A stretch of 64,000 bases of DNA from the NCBI GenBank assembly GCA_903850335.1, contig CAINLJ010000114.1:8742-72741 (forward strand). Reading direction: 5' to 3'. Source of the stretch: an uncultured Bacteroidia bacterium. Its GTDB lineage: Bacteria > Bacteroidota > Bacteroidia > Bacteroidales > Prolixibacteraceae. A program made the translations under genes and the position numbers. Of the stretch, positions 48,701 to 58,673 are shown piece after piece (within the stretch, counting starts at the first letter, position 1; each line of letters opens with the position of its first letter). The notes under the pieces were generated by a model. That model was not told the DNA's origin, ran no database searches, and saw only the letters and a program-made list of their open reading frames with translations.

Positions 48701-48783
48701 ATTTTTTGCTCACTTTATTGATATGTTGTTTAACTTTCAATTGGAAACAAAAGCATTTCTGATGCGAAGACCTGTCATTCAGC

Positions 48784-49917
48784 CTATATTGGCCTTGATG
48801 TGATTACTTCATATTTCCGTTTTAACACAAGAAATGGTATTTCAATTAACTGGTATGAAACGATTGAAATGAGTATCGTAATAATTAGTGAAAATATAAA
48901 CATTGTCAGACTATTTAAGGGTATTACATGTAAACGTTTAAGTGTAAAAGTCACAATAACGATAGCCAGACGGTGGTAAATATATAAACCATATGACCTT
49001 TTACCCAAAAAGACAAAGATTTTATTTGACAGTTTTCTCTTCAGATAGGAACTTTTCAGGGTTGCATAAAGTATTAATGTAGTGGATATTCCGACAAGGA
49101 GGTAAGTTAGAATTTGCCAATAGGTTATGACATTGCGAGCGGGTAAAAATTCGATCAAAGTAAAAACAAGAATTCCTGTACCCGCTAAAATCAGTGGATT
49201 AATTTTCTTTAAACAAAAGTCCAATCCACCAAACCCGACAACAATACCAAGTATGATTGATTCGAAATGGGTAAAAGGTAACACATAAATTGCCGGGTAG
49301 GGAACATTTTGGTAGATCAGATAAAACCGTATCGCATTGAATATTACAACCAGTAATAGTAAACTAATCAACCTCATTTTGAATGAGGCCCTAACTAGTG
49401 TGTAAATAATAAATGGAATAAAAATATAAAACTGCTCCTCATAGCCAATTGTCCATAGATGACCTGAAAAAGACATTTTATTATATCCATAAATTGACGA
49501 TAAAATATTATCTGAAAAGGTGAATAGACCTAAAATTCTTATCATGATATCATTTGAGAGCTTACCATGAAATACAATCAGAGTGGCAAAAATGGATAAG
49601 GCAACGAGCAAAAAATATATGGGCCAGATACGAAATATACGCCGTATGTAGAATTTCCTAAAGTTTATAGTATTTGTTTTTTTACTTTCAGCAATCAATA
49701 AGTATGTGAACAAGTATGCAGATAACACAAAAAACAAGTCAACACCAATCCAACCGTTAATTTTTAATACAGACAGGTAAGGTATGTTTGCAAATAAGGT
49801 ATTGTGATGTATGAACACCAAAATAAAGGCAAAAAACCGTAGCCCGTCTAATTCAGGAAAATAGATTCTTTCCGAAATCTTATTATCTGAATTTTTTTGG
49901 GGCTTGGTTTCTGTCAT
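48784..49917 (-). CDS. acyltransferase family 3 (OafA-like O-acyltransferase) membrane protein
   Basis: 377 aa with ~10 TM segments. The N-terminal FPELDGLRFFAFILVFIHH motif is present. Confidence 0.7.
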   Translation of the reverse strand: MTETKPQKNSDNKISERIYFPELDGLRFFAFILVFIHHNTLFANIPYLSVLKINGWIGVDLFFVLSAYLFTYLLIAESKKTNTINFRKFYIRRIFRIWPIYFLLVALSIFATLIVFHGKLSNDIMIRILGLFTFSDNILSSIYGYNKMSFSGHLWTIGYEEQFYIFIPFIIYTLVRASFKMRLISLLLLVVIFNAIRFYLIYQNVPYPAIYVLPFTHFESIILGIVVGFGGLDFCLKKINPLILAGTGILVFTLIEFLPARNVITYWQILTYLLVGISTTLILYATLKSSYLKRKLSNKIFVFLGKRSYGLYIYHRLAIVIVTFTLKRLHVIPLNSLTMFIFSLIITILISIVSYQLIEIPFLVLKRKYEVITSRPI

Positions 49918-50100
49918 ATAATCAATTTTGGACCCTGAGAATATTAAAATATGTTTACCAAAGATAGTTATTCGAGTGAAACTCCAAAATTAAAATCTTA
50001 CTTTATATGTGGCCATTGCGCTGGCAATCTGACTCTCTTCACTTGTATCCGGAAATAAGTAATTTCTTTATGTTGGCGTTAATCATTTTCTAAAATTTAA

Positions 50101-52209
50101 TTATGGCAATTTATTAAAATTTTCATATTTTACAATCCAGTCACCATTTTTTGGAAATCCCGGAGCATGGCCTTCAGTGCCATCCCATCCACCAGCCATC
50201 ATAGCAATGGCTGAAAGAAACGCACCGTTTGAAGGGAAATAGGGAAACGGACCACCCGTTGCCAAACCATGCTTATCAAACTGAAAGTTTGCAGAAGAGT
50301 GAAGTAACATATCAACTGCAAGTTCCGGATTACCGGTTCGTGCTGCAGCCATGGCCATCATTGGAAAGTCCCATCCCCAGGTTCGGTTAAAATCCCATGT
50401 TGCCAAAACCTTATCCAAAGTCCTTTTAAAGCATTCAATATCAACACCATCACCAGGTAACATTCCATATACACCAACCAACCCGGGATGTTCAAAATTA
50501 AATTTTGTCCACATGTTTTCGATATTCTCATGAGTAACATACAAACCCTCTTGTTGCGGGAGTGGAGAAAGCTTCTTCAGCACATCATCCCAATTATCGT
50601 CCCTTTTCAATCCTAACCGTTCTTTCCAAATCTGTGCTGTCCTTAAACCAAAGCGCCAATAACCAAGTTCAAATGCAGGATTAAATGTGGTCTCAGGTTT
50701 TGTGTTTTCGGAGACTATATACATTGGTGGACCCAGAATATAACGACCCTTAGTTTTTTCCAGATAAGCGTAATCAGCCATAAATGAGGCAGTCGAGAAA
50801 ACTACGTCACGCCATTTTTCAAGGGTTTCCTTTTGGGGATGCAACCGGTAATCCAACTCTGCAAAATAAATCGGATGTGGCTACTGCCAGATAAGCAGAG
50901 CATGAATGGGATGAGGCCAGTCACGGTCTGAATTGGCAGTACATTTGGGCCAGCGTGCACCCTTATAACCTTGCTTTTTAGCACGTTCTTTTGATGTTGA
51001 AAGATAGTCCTTATAAACATGCAGGCTTCTTTCAAACAGGGGCCATCTGTTCCATAGCGCATAGTGTACACTGTGCCACCAAATCATTTCGAAATGAAAT
51101 CGACCATACCACCCATTGTTTACCAATCCGGATTCCTGTGGAGGGTAAATCCCAGCCTCGTTTACTCTCATCAAATATTGTGAAAGGACAATTCTGCGTT
51201 CGAGTTCTTCCCATCGCGGGTCTTTGCTTTGGGATAAATCAATTGCAGCACCTGATTCCCAGAATTCGGACCAGCCCATACTACTTTCTTTAAAAACCTG
51301 AACCGGTGACAATAATTCTTTGGTTCTTTTTTCCTGAGAGAAACAGCAAGTAAATCCTATACTGTCAGTATTTTCAGGATTCAGATAAAACCACTGCGGT
51401 GATGAACTTGTGTCATCTGACACGAAATGACCTGGAGAAGTCCAGTTCAAAAAAACAAAGTATTTTGCGTCATCCAACTGTCTGGCTATTACTGCCGAAT
51501 TACTATTTTTTCGTTCAATTTTAGATGATTGTGCATTCCCTTTTGTGGTATCTTCACCTCCTGGGTTTGGATAAGGAAAATAGAGAAATATCTTTATTTG
51601 ACCGGTTTTAATTAAATCTGATTTTACAGAAACACCAATAGCATCTTCTCGTGGATGACAAGCTGTTTTCACTTTTACCTGCCTGCCTTCCAATTCAAAA
51701 TAACTGGATATGATTCCAGTCCACATTTCGATTTCCTGATGTGTATTTTTGAGGTCTTCAGCTTTCGCAAATGTTCCATCAGATTTTAAAAGGCAGAATC
51801 CAATACGCCCCAGGTTATACCGATGTGGATTCTCAGCCAACCAGGCCGACAATTCCGGCTGTTCTGCATTAGGAATGTCGTATTGGACCATCCGTCCATG
51901 CGTATCCAACATTAAACCTTTAAATTCCTTTACGCTCTTTCCTTTTGGTAAGGGTAGACTATGCCAGCTCCAATGCGACATTGTATTAAATTGGACAAAG
52001 GTTTGAAGTCCGGTAATATCCATACCAAAAGCGAACTCTCCATTACCCACCTGGGCCGGACTATTTGGAATAGTTGATGACGATACTATCCTGTGCCGTT
52101 CAACAACAGCTTTCCTGTCGATCTTCAAAAGGTCAGGATTTAGGTTGATTTGCCCCAAAACATTCAGGGAAAGAAATAAAAATAAAATTGCTCGAGTCAG
52201 GTATTTCAA
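50101..52209 (-). pseudogene. secreted glycoside-hydrolase-like protein interrupted by a single in-frame TAG
   Basis: Track ORFs 50881..52209 and 50101..50856 are in the same frame. My translation across the junction is ...HPIHALLIWQ*PHPIYFAELDYRLHPQKE..., with TAG at 50883-50881. A signal peptide is present at the N-terminus. The family cannot be assigned by eye. Confidence 0.7.
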
Positions 52210-52279
52210 TAATTTTAGTTATTAGGTTGATATGAATTTCAGATCAAACTGATATTCGAAGCAAAATTGCTATTTTCAA

Positions 52280-52726
52280 TTATACTTTAAACCTTAGAAC
52301 CGTTTTTAATTTTTCAGGAGCTACTTTTCTTGGATCTGACAAATAGATCTCCCTGTGTTCATGGGAAGTTCGGCTAAGGTTTGAACTTTTTGCAAAATCT
52401 TCCATTATCCTAAAACTAACAGGTTCACTATCATAACTGCCAATATGTAACATTTGAACACAATTCCCTTCTTCAATTGTCTCAAATTTCACCTTTCCCA
52501 GTAATTCATGAGGCTTTTTATTTTTAGTTCTTTGCAAGTTATCATAAGCATGATCGTCCGTTACAAAGTCAGGTTGCCTGAGCATAAGATTAAAAATCAA
52601 TGTATTCTTATCCAGTGTTCCATTGTAATTTGCCTTTGCCGGATCATCAATATCCCACACACCTTCAAGGGGAAAGACAGTAAAATCATAATAATTTTTC
52701 GGAATGAATCCATGTTTCGGACTCAT
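52280..52726 (-). CDS. GyrI-like small-molecule-binding domain protein, N-terminally truncated
   Basis: 148 aa. PLEGVWDIDD...MLRQPDFVT...EEGNCVQMLHIGSYDSEP...HREIYLSDPRKVAPEKLKTVLRF matches the C-terminal ~2/3 of ~205-aa GyrI-like proteins. An upstream in-frame stop lies 8 codons before the ATG. Confidence 0.6.
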   Translation of the reverse strand: MSPKHGFIPKNYYDFTVFPLEGVWDIDDPAKANYNGTLDKNTLIFNLMLRQPDFVTDDHAYDNLQRTKNKKPHELLGKVKFETIEEGNCVQMLHIGSYDSEPVSFRIMEDFAKSSNLSRTSHEHREIYLSDPRKVAPEKLKTVLRFKV

Positions 52727-52753
52727 TTTAATTGAATAGGATAACGAATAAAT

Positions 52754-53247
52754 TTATACACTTCCCTTTTTATTCCATCTTTGCCAGTTCTCATTAATGA
52801 GCCACTCTTTGAAAGAAGTTAACTTTACTCCGGAAAAGTTACTTTTATTTTTTTGTATGTCCACATTAAATCCAAATTTATTGAACCATTTATACATCAG
52901 ATAAACTTCCCGGTTCATTACTAATTTTACGGCAATCATCGGAATACCTTTGAATCTAACCGGGTGGCCAAAAACTTCAGAGCAATTAATTGATGTCTTT
53001 TCCCCGGTTTAATTGCATCGAACAATTTACCCCCCAATATACCTTTAAATACTTGGAGTATGTAGTAATTCTCCATGAATTTAACAGGCCTTAAAATAGT
53101 ATGATTTATGCCAGTGCCTCGTATATAATTTTCAATTGCATATTTAGTCTCAAAATGCGGCACCCCTGTATTTAAATCAACCCCTGCAATTGACTCAAAA
53201 ATAAAGTGTGAAATATTACTTTTCATAGCGGCATCAGCCATGACCAA
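52754..53247 (-). pseudogene. NmrA-like NAD(P)-binding protein remnant (N-terminus missing, frameshifted)
   Basis: ORF 52936..53247 (DAAMKSNISHFIFES...GVPHFETKYAIENYIRGTGINHTILRPVKFMENY) and ORF 52754..52939 (...YKWFNKFGFNVDI...FKEWL) are consecutive NmrA segments in different frames. No Rossmann GxxGxxG region is present, and an in-frame stop lies 7 codons upstream. Confidence 0.65.
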
Positions 53248-53330
53248 AAGAAAACGATAGGGTAATTAAAACTTTTTTGTAATTTTTTTGCAGGAAAATT
53301 TAAATGAAGGGTACAACTAAGGGTTATATA

Positions 53331-54854
53331 TTAAGGAGAGTTTTTAACGAGAGCAATTTCATTTTTTATTCTTTGTTTGATATCTACATTAGCATTTTCA
53401 AAAACAAATATTGTAGTTCCAAATTCTCTGGCAAGAATATTTGTCACATTGCCTGAGATATATGATTTTTCGAAGTACGGGCTTGTTGTTTCCAATTCCT
53501 TGCTGACCTTTTCAAAGGTTTTTATGCGAATTAAATTCACGTATTTTTTATCAAGTTGAAACCAATTTATGTAATCTGCATTGAATGAAACAGCTCCGAT
53601 GGAATTATTTTTTGAATAATAATTGATTGCGCCAGCCTGTCCATAATTATCACATAGTATAAGTGTTTGTCCCTGAGATGCTAACCTGGAATAAATTGAA
53701 TCTGTTTTTTGTGCTAATTCCTTCCATCCAAGCATATCTGCATAATCTTGTGGCAAAGCATGGTTTTTGCCATCTTCCCAACGGAGTAATCCATACTTTT
53801 CATAGAGCCCGGAATGGTTAAGAATATATTCCGGACTTTTATTTGGAAACATCAGTTGATACATTGGGAAAAAGAACAAAACAGGAATTAACACCACGAT
53901 GGGTTGCAGATATTTTTTCCAATCAGTATTTATAAGCCTTTCCAGATAAACGGCACCAAAGGCGATGTAAATAGGATACAAACCCATTGCGTAATAGCTT
54001 TTACCCCTTAGCCAGATAAAAACTGTCAAGGTAATCCAAAAGGTAAAAAAGAAGATCCTGTACTTTTTAAAAGGGGGATAAAATACAAGCGAATAAAGGC
54101 CTGAAAAAATAACAAACAGGGAACCAATGAAATAGTACAATTGATCCTTGATAAAATCCCAACGTTTAACATATACGAGTTGAGTTTTTGCCAATTCCCG
54201 CATGTGATGATAAACCGGAAAATGATTGTTGTACTGCCAAATTAAATTGGGCAAGATCAAAATAAGGAACAACAATATTGATAAGTAGAAATGCTTGTTT
54301 TTAAAAACAGATTGTCTTGTAAGTAAAAACGCGGGAAAAAGTCCGGCAATTAGGAAGACAATATTATACTTATTTAAAAATCCAAGAGCCAGGACTGTCA
54401 TCCCAAAATACAACCATTTGTTAATTTGGGAATTACAATACTTAATCAGAATAAAACAAACGGTTGTCCAGCAAAGAACATCCAGAGAATTAGGTTGGTA
54501 CAAAATGTTCAATCGTAAAAGGGCCGAAAATAATACGGATGTGGCACCTAAAACTAAAGCAAACACATTTCCTTTTAATTCTTCAATAGCCTTCCAAACA
54601 ACAATGATCGTTAATGAACCAAATAATGCAGGGAAAAAACGTATCAAAAAGATAGAATTACCAAAAAGATTAATGAAATACGAAATCCAGGATGTGACAG
54701 GTGGAACCGATAAAAATCCCCAGGCTAAATGCTTCCCCTGGTCGAGATGTAAAAATTCATCTCTGTGCAATTCGTATACCGGATTTACTAAAACATATTG
54801 TAAGACAAACTTTGCAATTATAAAGCTAATCAGGAGCAGTGATTTTCTTGTCAT
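53331..54854 (-). CDS. glycosyltransferase family 39 (ArnT/PMT-like) membrane protein
   Basis: 507 aa with ~12 TM segments in the N-terminal 2/3. The early loop motif HRDEFLHLDQGKHLAWG and a soluble C-terminal domain are present. Confidence 0.65.
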   Translation of the reverse strand: MTRKSLLLISFIIAKFVLQYVLVNPVYELHRDEFLHLDQGKHLAWGFLSVPPVTSWISYFINLFGNSIFLIRFFPALFGSLTIIVVWKAIEELKGNVFALVLGATSVLFSALLRLNILYQPNSLDVLCWTTVCFILIKYCNSQINKWLYFGMTVLALGFLNKYNIVFLIAGLFPAFLLTRQSVFKNKHFYLSILLFLILILPNLIWQYNNHFPVYHHMRELAKTQLVYVKRWDFIKDQLYYFIGSLFVIFSGLYSLVFYPPFKKYRIFFFTFWITLTVFIWLRGKSYYAMGLYPIYIAFGAVYLERLINTDWKKYLQPIVVLIPVLFFFPMYQLMFPNKSPEYILNHSGLYEKYGLLRWEDGKNHALPQDYADMLGWKELAQKTDSIYSRLASQGQTLILCDNYGQAGAINYYSKNNSIGAVSFNADYINWFQLDKKYVNLIRIKTFEKVSKELETTSPYFEKSYISGNVTNILAREFGTTIFVFENANVDIKQRIKNEIALVKNSP

Positions 54855-55002
54855 TAAATTTTGGGGATAAAATCCATTCGATCGTATTTAGAAAACTTTC
54901 GTGCCTTTACCGGTAGTTATTAAACTAAATAAGCTTATCTGAACAAGGTCTGTCCACGCATTAGAACAGTTCCCATAGCATTCAAATTCAGGAACTAAAC
55001 CA

Positions 55003-55431
55003 CTATTTTGGATCAAAATCCACCATCCATTCAATTCCGTATTTGTCTCTGAACATTCCAAAATATGAACCCCAGGGGCTATCTGCAATAGGCATTTCTA
55101 CTTTTCCTCCTGCCGTGAGTCCATAAAATATTTTATCAGCTTCTTCTTTACTCTCAGCACTAATTGAAATCTTACTCCGGTTCTCGTTTTCGTTTACCTG
55201 TCCCATAAATGATGGCACGTCGCTCCCCATTAAAACATTGGATTTACCAACAGGCAATGCGATATGCATGATTTTGTTAGCTTCGTCTTCATTCAAAGGA
55301 ATACCAGGGTCACCAGGCATGTCTTTGAAACGAACTAACATTGCAAATTCATTTCCAAAAACCGATTTATAAAATGTAAATGCTTCTTCCGCATTTCCGT
55401 TAAAATGAAGGTAAGGATTGATCTGTGCCAT
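55003..55431 (-). CDS. VOC family protein (PhnB-like)
   Basis: 142 aa. INPYLHFNGNAEEAFTFYKSVFG...MHIALPVG...LMGSD...SPWGSYFGMFRDKYGIEWMV follows the PhnB-like pattern. Confidence 0.7.
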   Translation of the reverse strand: MAQINPYLHFNGNAEEAFTFYKSVFGNEFAMLVRFKDMPGDPGIPLNEDEANKIMHIALPVGKSNVLMGSDVPSFMGQVNENENRSKISISAESKEEADKIFYGLTAGGKVEMPIADSPWGSYFGMFRDKYGIEWMVDFDPK

Positions 55432-55552
55432 AATATTTCCAATTTAAATGATTAAAAAGATATTTAGTACTGTAAGAAAATTTAATATTCTCTCTTTACT
55501 TTAATGTATTCACATTTTTAGAAACTCTAAAATTTGACTCTGCAGATCTCTT

Positions 55553-56125
55553 TTAATGTCTGTCAACTATGTAATTGAGTTCAGTTACTCCACAAGTAAA
55601 TTGCCTTGTTGTCAATAATTTTAATTTAGCTTTTTCCCGGATGTTTACAAATAATGGAATTCCTTGTCCAAGAATAATTGGATTAACAAATAACCAATAA
55701 CCGTCAATTAAGTTCAATTGCATAAGTGTATGTGTAGCTGTGGGGCTGCCAAAGAGCAGGATATCGTTACCAGGCTGATACTTTATTTCGTTAATACTTT
55801 CTGTAAGGTTATTGTTAATAATTTTTGTGTTTACCAAACCCACATCTTTCATTGTTGATGATAATACAACTTTATGAACCTTGCTATACCATTTTGAATG
55901 TTCGATATCGTGTCTTGTCGCTTTCGGATTGTCTCCAGCTGCAGGCCAGTAATTTTCCATCATTTCATAAGTTACCCGACCATATAAAGCTGTGTCCCCT
56001 TCCCTTATCCGGTCATGTCCATAATCAAAAATTTCTTCATCCACTTTAATCCAGTCCATTTCTCCATTCAATCCTGCTACAAAACCGTCCAGGGATATGT
56101 GCATAAAGGATATTATTTTTCTCAT
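55553..56125 (-). CDS. dihydrofolate reductase family protein (RibD C-terminal domain type)
   Basis: 190 aa. MRKIISFMHISLDGFVAG...GRVTYEMM...LLFGSPT...NPIILGQGIPLF is typical of the family. Confidence 0.75.
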   Translation of the reverse strand: MRKIISFMHISLDGFVAGLNGEMDWIKVDEEIFDYGHDRIREGDTALYGRVTYEMMENYWPAAGDNPKATRHDIEHSKWYSKVHKVVLSSTMKDVGLVNTKIINNNLTESINEIKYQPGNDILLFGSPTATHTLMQLNLIDGYWLFVNPIILGQGIPLFVNIREKAKLKLLTTRQFTCGVTELNYIVDRH

Positions 56126-56160
56126 ACAGTTTTGTTTTTAAATTTATTTATGGTTTGTAA

Positions 56161-56868
56161 CTATTTAATCCCACAAAAGGCTCCAAAGCACATATTTTTG
56201 TGAAGAATTTCTACATTTCTAAAGCCAACCTGTTTCATTAAGTCCAATTGGTAATTTATCGACCTTGGGGAATCTTCTTTTGCCACATATTCCAAAACTT
56301 TTTGACGATACTCTTTTCCGCCGACCCCTTCCAAATAGTCGCCATATTTTTCCCATATATATTCGTTTAACACGGCGGTGTCTTGTGTAATTAAATCAGA
56401 TATCATGATGCACCCACCTGCTTTGAGTAAGTTATATAATTTTTTAAAAGTTGCTTCCCAATCAGTATCATCTCTTAAATGATGCAACACCGCACCGGCC
56501 AGAATAATATCAAATTGATTTTCACTCAGCTCGACCTCACGAATGTCGCCTTGTAAAACAGTTACACTATTTCTTGTTTTTTCTGATACCCTGATAAATG
56601 CCCTGTCGAGCATAGGTTTACTCAAGTCTACCAAAGTACAATTTAGATCTGGAATTTTTGTTAGCATCATTAGCGTATAATTTCCACCCCCGCAACCAAT
56701 GTCTAATAAATATTCAGCATTAGGAACAATTCTTTTTGAAGACTCCGTAATAATTTCCAATGAAATTTTTGCGTCAATGGTAGAAAGTTGACCTGTGTCG
56801 ATGTTCGAAAATCGATCAACATCATTATCAAATCGTTCTTTAATTTCTTCAACTGTTGATTTTCTCAT
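56161..56868 (-). CDS. class I SAM-dependent methyltransferase
   Basis: 235 aa with motif I LLDIGCGGGNYT, an acidic post-I residue (LVDLS) and motif II ILAGAVLHHL. Confidence 0.8.
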   Translation of the reverse strand: MRKSTVEEIKERFDNDVDRFSNIDTGQLSTIDAKISLEIITESSKRIVPNAEYLLDIGCGGGNYTLMMLTKIPDLNCTLVDLSKPMLDRAFIRVSEKTRNSVTVLQGDIREVELSENQFDIILAGAVLHHLRDDTDWEATFKKLYNLLKAGGCIMISDLITQDTAVLNEYIWEKYGDYLEGVGGKEYRQKVLEYVAKEDSPRSINYQLDLMKQVGFRNVEILHKNMCFGAFCGIK

Positions 56869-56892
56869 TCCGAAAAAGTTAAGGTTTCTTTC

Positions 56893-57060
56893 TTATAATC
56901 CTGATTTAATTGTATCTTCAAAATCAGATGCTGAATCTCTGGTCGCAATTGCCCAAAAGACCCACATTCCAAATGTAATTGCCAATGCTATAAAGGGTGA
57001 TAAAAAAGCAACAAAAATGCCACCACTAAATGCCTCAATTCGTGTTGTTTGCTTTTCCAT
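56893..57060 (-). CDS. small membrane ORF, possible DUF1211/TMEM175-like N-terminal fragment
   Basis: 55 aa, below the track cutoff. It reads MEKQTTRIEAFSGGIFVAFLSPFIALAITFGMWVFWAIATRDSASDFEDTIKSGL. RIEAFS resembles the DUF1211 N-terminal motif, then the sequence diverges. Weak call. Confidence 0.25.
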   Translation of the reverse strand: MEKQTTRIEAFSGGIFVAFLSPFIALAITFGMWVFWAIATRDSASDFEDTIKSGL

Positions 57061-57315
57061 TTTAATTGTTAGTTAGTCTTTATTAAAAACTGTTCTCCTT
57101 TGTTTTTGACCATAATCGATAATCTATTCAATCAGGTTTTTGATTGTCTATCGGTGTAAAATACGTTTATGATCTATTGCAATCTGTTCTTCCCGATTAT
57201 ATTTCGCCTTGCCATTTTAATATCTTTCAAATAACAAAATTCTTTTGTTAAAGTTGACAATGTATTGTAAAGTTGTAATCGGTTTCGGATAAAAATTGCT
57301 TTTTGTTCCTTCTTT

Positions 57316-57765
57316 TTATCGGAGTAAAGTTTGTAAATATCCATTTAAATCTGTCGTCTTTTCACCAAGTAAAGCGAAAAACTCAGTATCAAACTTTTCT
57401 ACTGTCACAACTGCTTTTTTGACAATTTTAACTCCTTCTATGGTAAGTTCGACTGTCTTAGCTCTTGTATCTGTTAAATGTTCTTGTCGTACAATAAGGT
57501 TTTTTTGCTGGAGAGTTCTCAGGACTGTTGAGGTAGTCATTGGGTCAATTTTTGTATGTGATGATAAGATTATCTGTGTCACATCTTGTTTTTTAAGGCT
57601 TAACCAATGAATGCTAGCCATTAAAACAAATTGCGAATGAGTTAGTCCATACTGCTTTAATGCTTTTTTTATTTCTCGCTGCCACAGATTTGTAACTTGC
57701 CACAATAAAAATCCTGAACTTTCTTCAGGCTTTTCTACACTAAAGGGATTCTCAGTTGATTTCAT
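57316..57765 (-). CDS. MarR family transcriptional regulator
   Basis: 149 aa with the winged-helix pattern LTHSQFVLMASIHWL...TQIILSSHTKIDPMTTSTVLRTLQQKNLIVRQEHLTDTRAK. Its ATG overlaps the upstream gene's stop (ATGA). Confidence 0.7.
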   Translation of the reverse strand: MKSTENPFSVEKPEESSGFLLWQVTNLWQREIKKALKQYGLTHSQFVLMASIHWLSLKKQDVTQIILSSHTKIDPMTTSTVLRTLQQKNLIVRQEHLTDTRAKTVELTIEGVKIVKKAVVTVEKFDTEFFALLGEKTTDLNGYLQTLLR

Positions 57766-58181
57766 AATCTCGAAGCAAATTTCATTTGTGCCTGCATTTC
57801 TTGTGGTAAACCGTCAGCAATATTTTTTGCAACTAATTTTACCCATAAGAAACTTAAGATGCCTTTCACTGTCATTGTTGTTGTAATTTTAAGTCCGATT
57901 GGTGTTTCTTCAAATGTATGTTCACCAAACATTTTGGCTAAAGGGAATTTTGTTTGGTCAACGAACTTTTGGTGCTCAATAGCCTCGAGCAATAAAATTT
58001 TTACTTTCGGACCCCCTTTAGGTTTTAATTCAAACGTGTTTCCCTTTTCAAATTTACCAGTCATTCTTGCAAAATCAATTTCTGTATCCCATAAATGCCA
58101 GTTATTTACGTCAGCAAATAGTTTCCACATTTGTTCTTTTGTAACCTCTGTCGTTAAGATTGAGTGCGTTTTTGTCCACAT
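57762..58181 (-). CDS. SRPBCC (polyketide cyclase/START-like) protein
   Basis: 139 aa from ATG 58181 (MWTKTHSILTTEVTKEQMWKLFADVNNWHLWD...). The track start at 58214 is a TTG. Confidence 0.55.
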   Translation of the reverse strand: MWTKTHSILTTEVTKEQMWKLFADVNNWHLWDTEIDFARMTGKFEKGNTFELKPKGGPKVKILLLEAIEHQKFVDQTKFPLAKMFGEHTFEETPIGLKITTTMTVKGILSFLWVKLVAKNIADGLPQEMQAQMKFASRL

Positions 58182-58496
58182 AGTTTTTATAATTAATAAA
58201 TATTGTATGCGCAAATATAATATGCATACTTATTATATGCAAATTTATTAATCGTGAACTCCAATTTTTTCGTTATAATTTAGCTTTTACCTATGTTGAT
58301 AAGTACTGTACAGGTATTACTATAAAGTAAGATTTTCCCGGAAATTTCTTTTGGGGGAAGAATTCAACTTTCCCCTTGTTTTTCTTATGCAGGTATTTCA
58401 CTGTTTTGTCATTAAGTCTGGGATCAATCGGGAAGATAACAATTTTGGCAAATGATTTTTGTGCAAATGAATTTGCAAGATCCTACGCATCAGTTG

Positions 58497-58673
58497 TTAC
58501 TTTGATAAATTATATTTTATACTTTTTAAGGTAAAAACCTGACCCTCTACTAAAAAGAAGTCATTTTTTTTTAGCCTGATCACCTCAATAAAATCACAAA
58601 AAACCAATAATTCGTCGTCAGTCAACGAAATTATAGCTTCAATACTGCGTCTTATTTTAGTAATTTTATCCAT
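58497..58673 (-). pseudogene. Crp/Fnr-family regulator N-terminal fragment
   Basis: 58-aa ORF, below the track cutoff: MDKITKIRRSIEAIISLTDDELLVFCDFIEVIRLKKNDFFLVEGQVFTLKSIKYNLSK*. It matches the start of Bacteroidota cNMP-binding regulators. The rest of the domain and the HTH are absent. Confidence 0.5.

Noticed and set aside
54295-54870. 191-aa plus-strand ORF
   Set aside because: It is antisense to the 507-aa GT39 membrane protein gene. Its composition (K/N/T-rich, no motifs) is what an AT-rich antisense frame would give. The same reasoning applies to 57859-58251, 57296-57610, 39041-39400 and 35381-35794.
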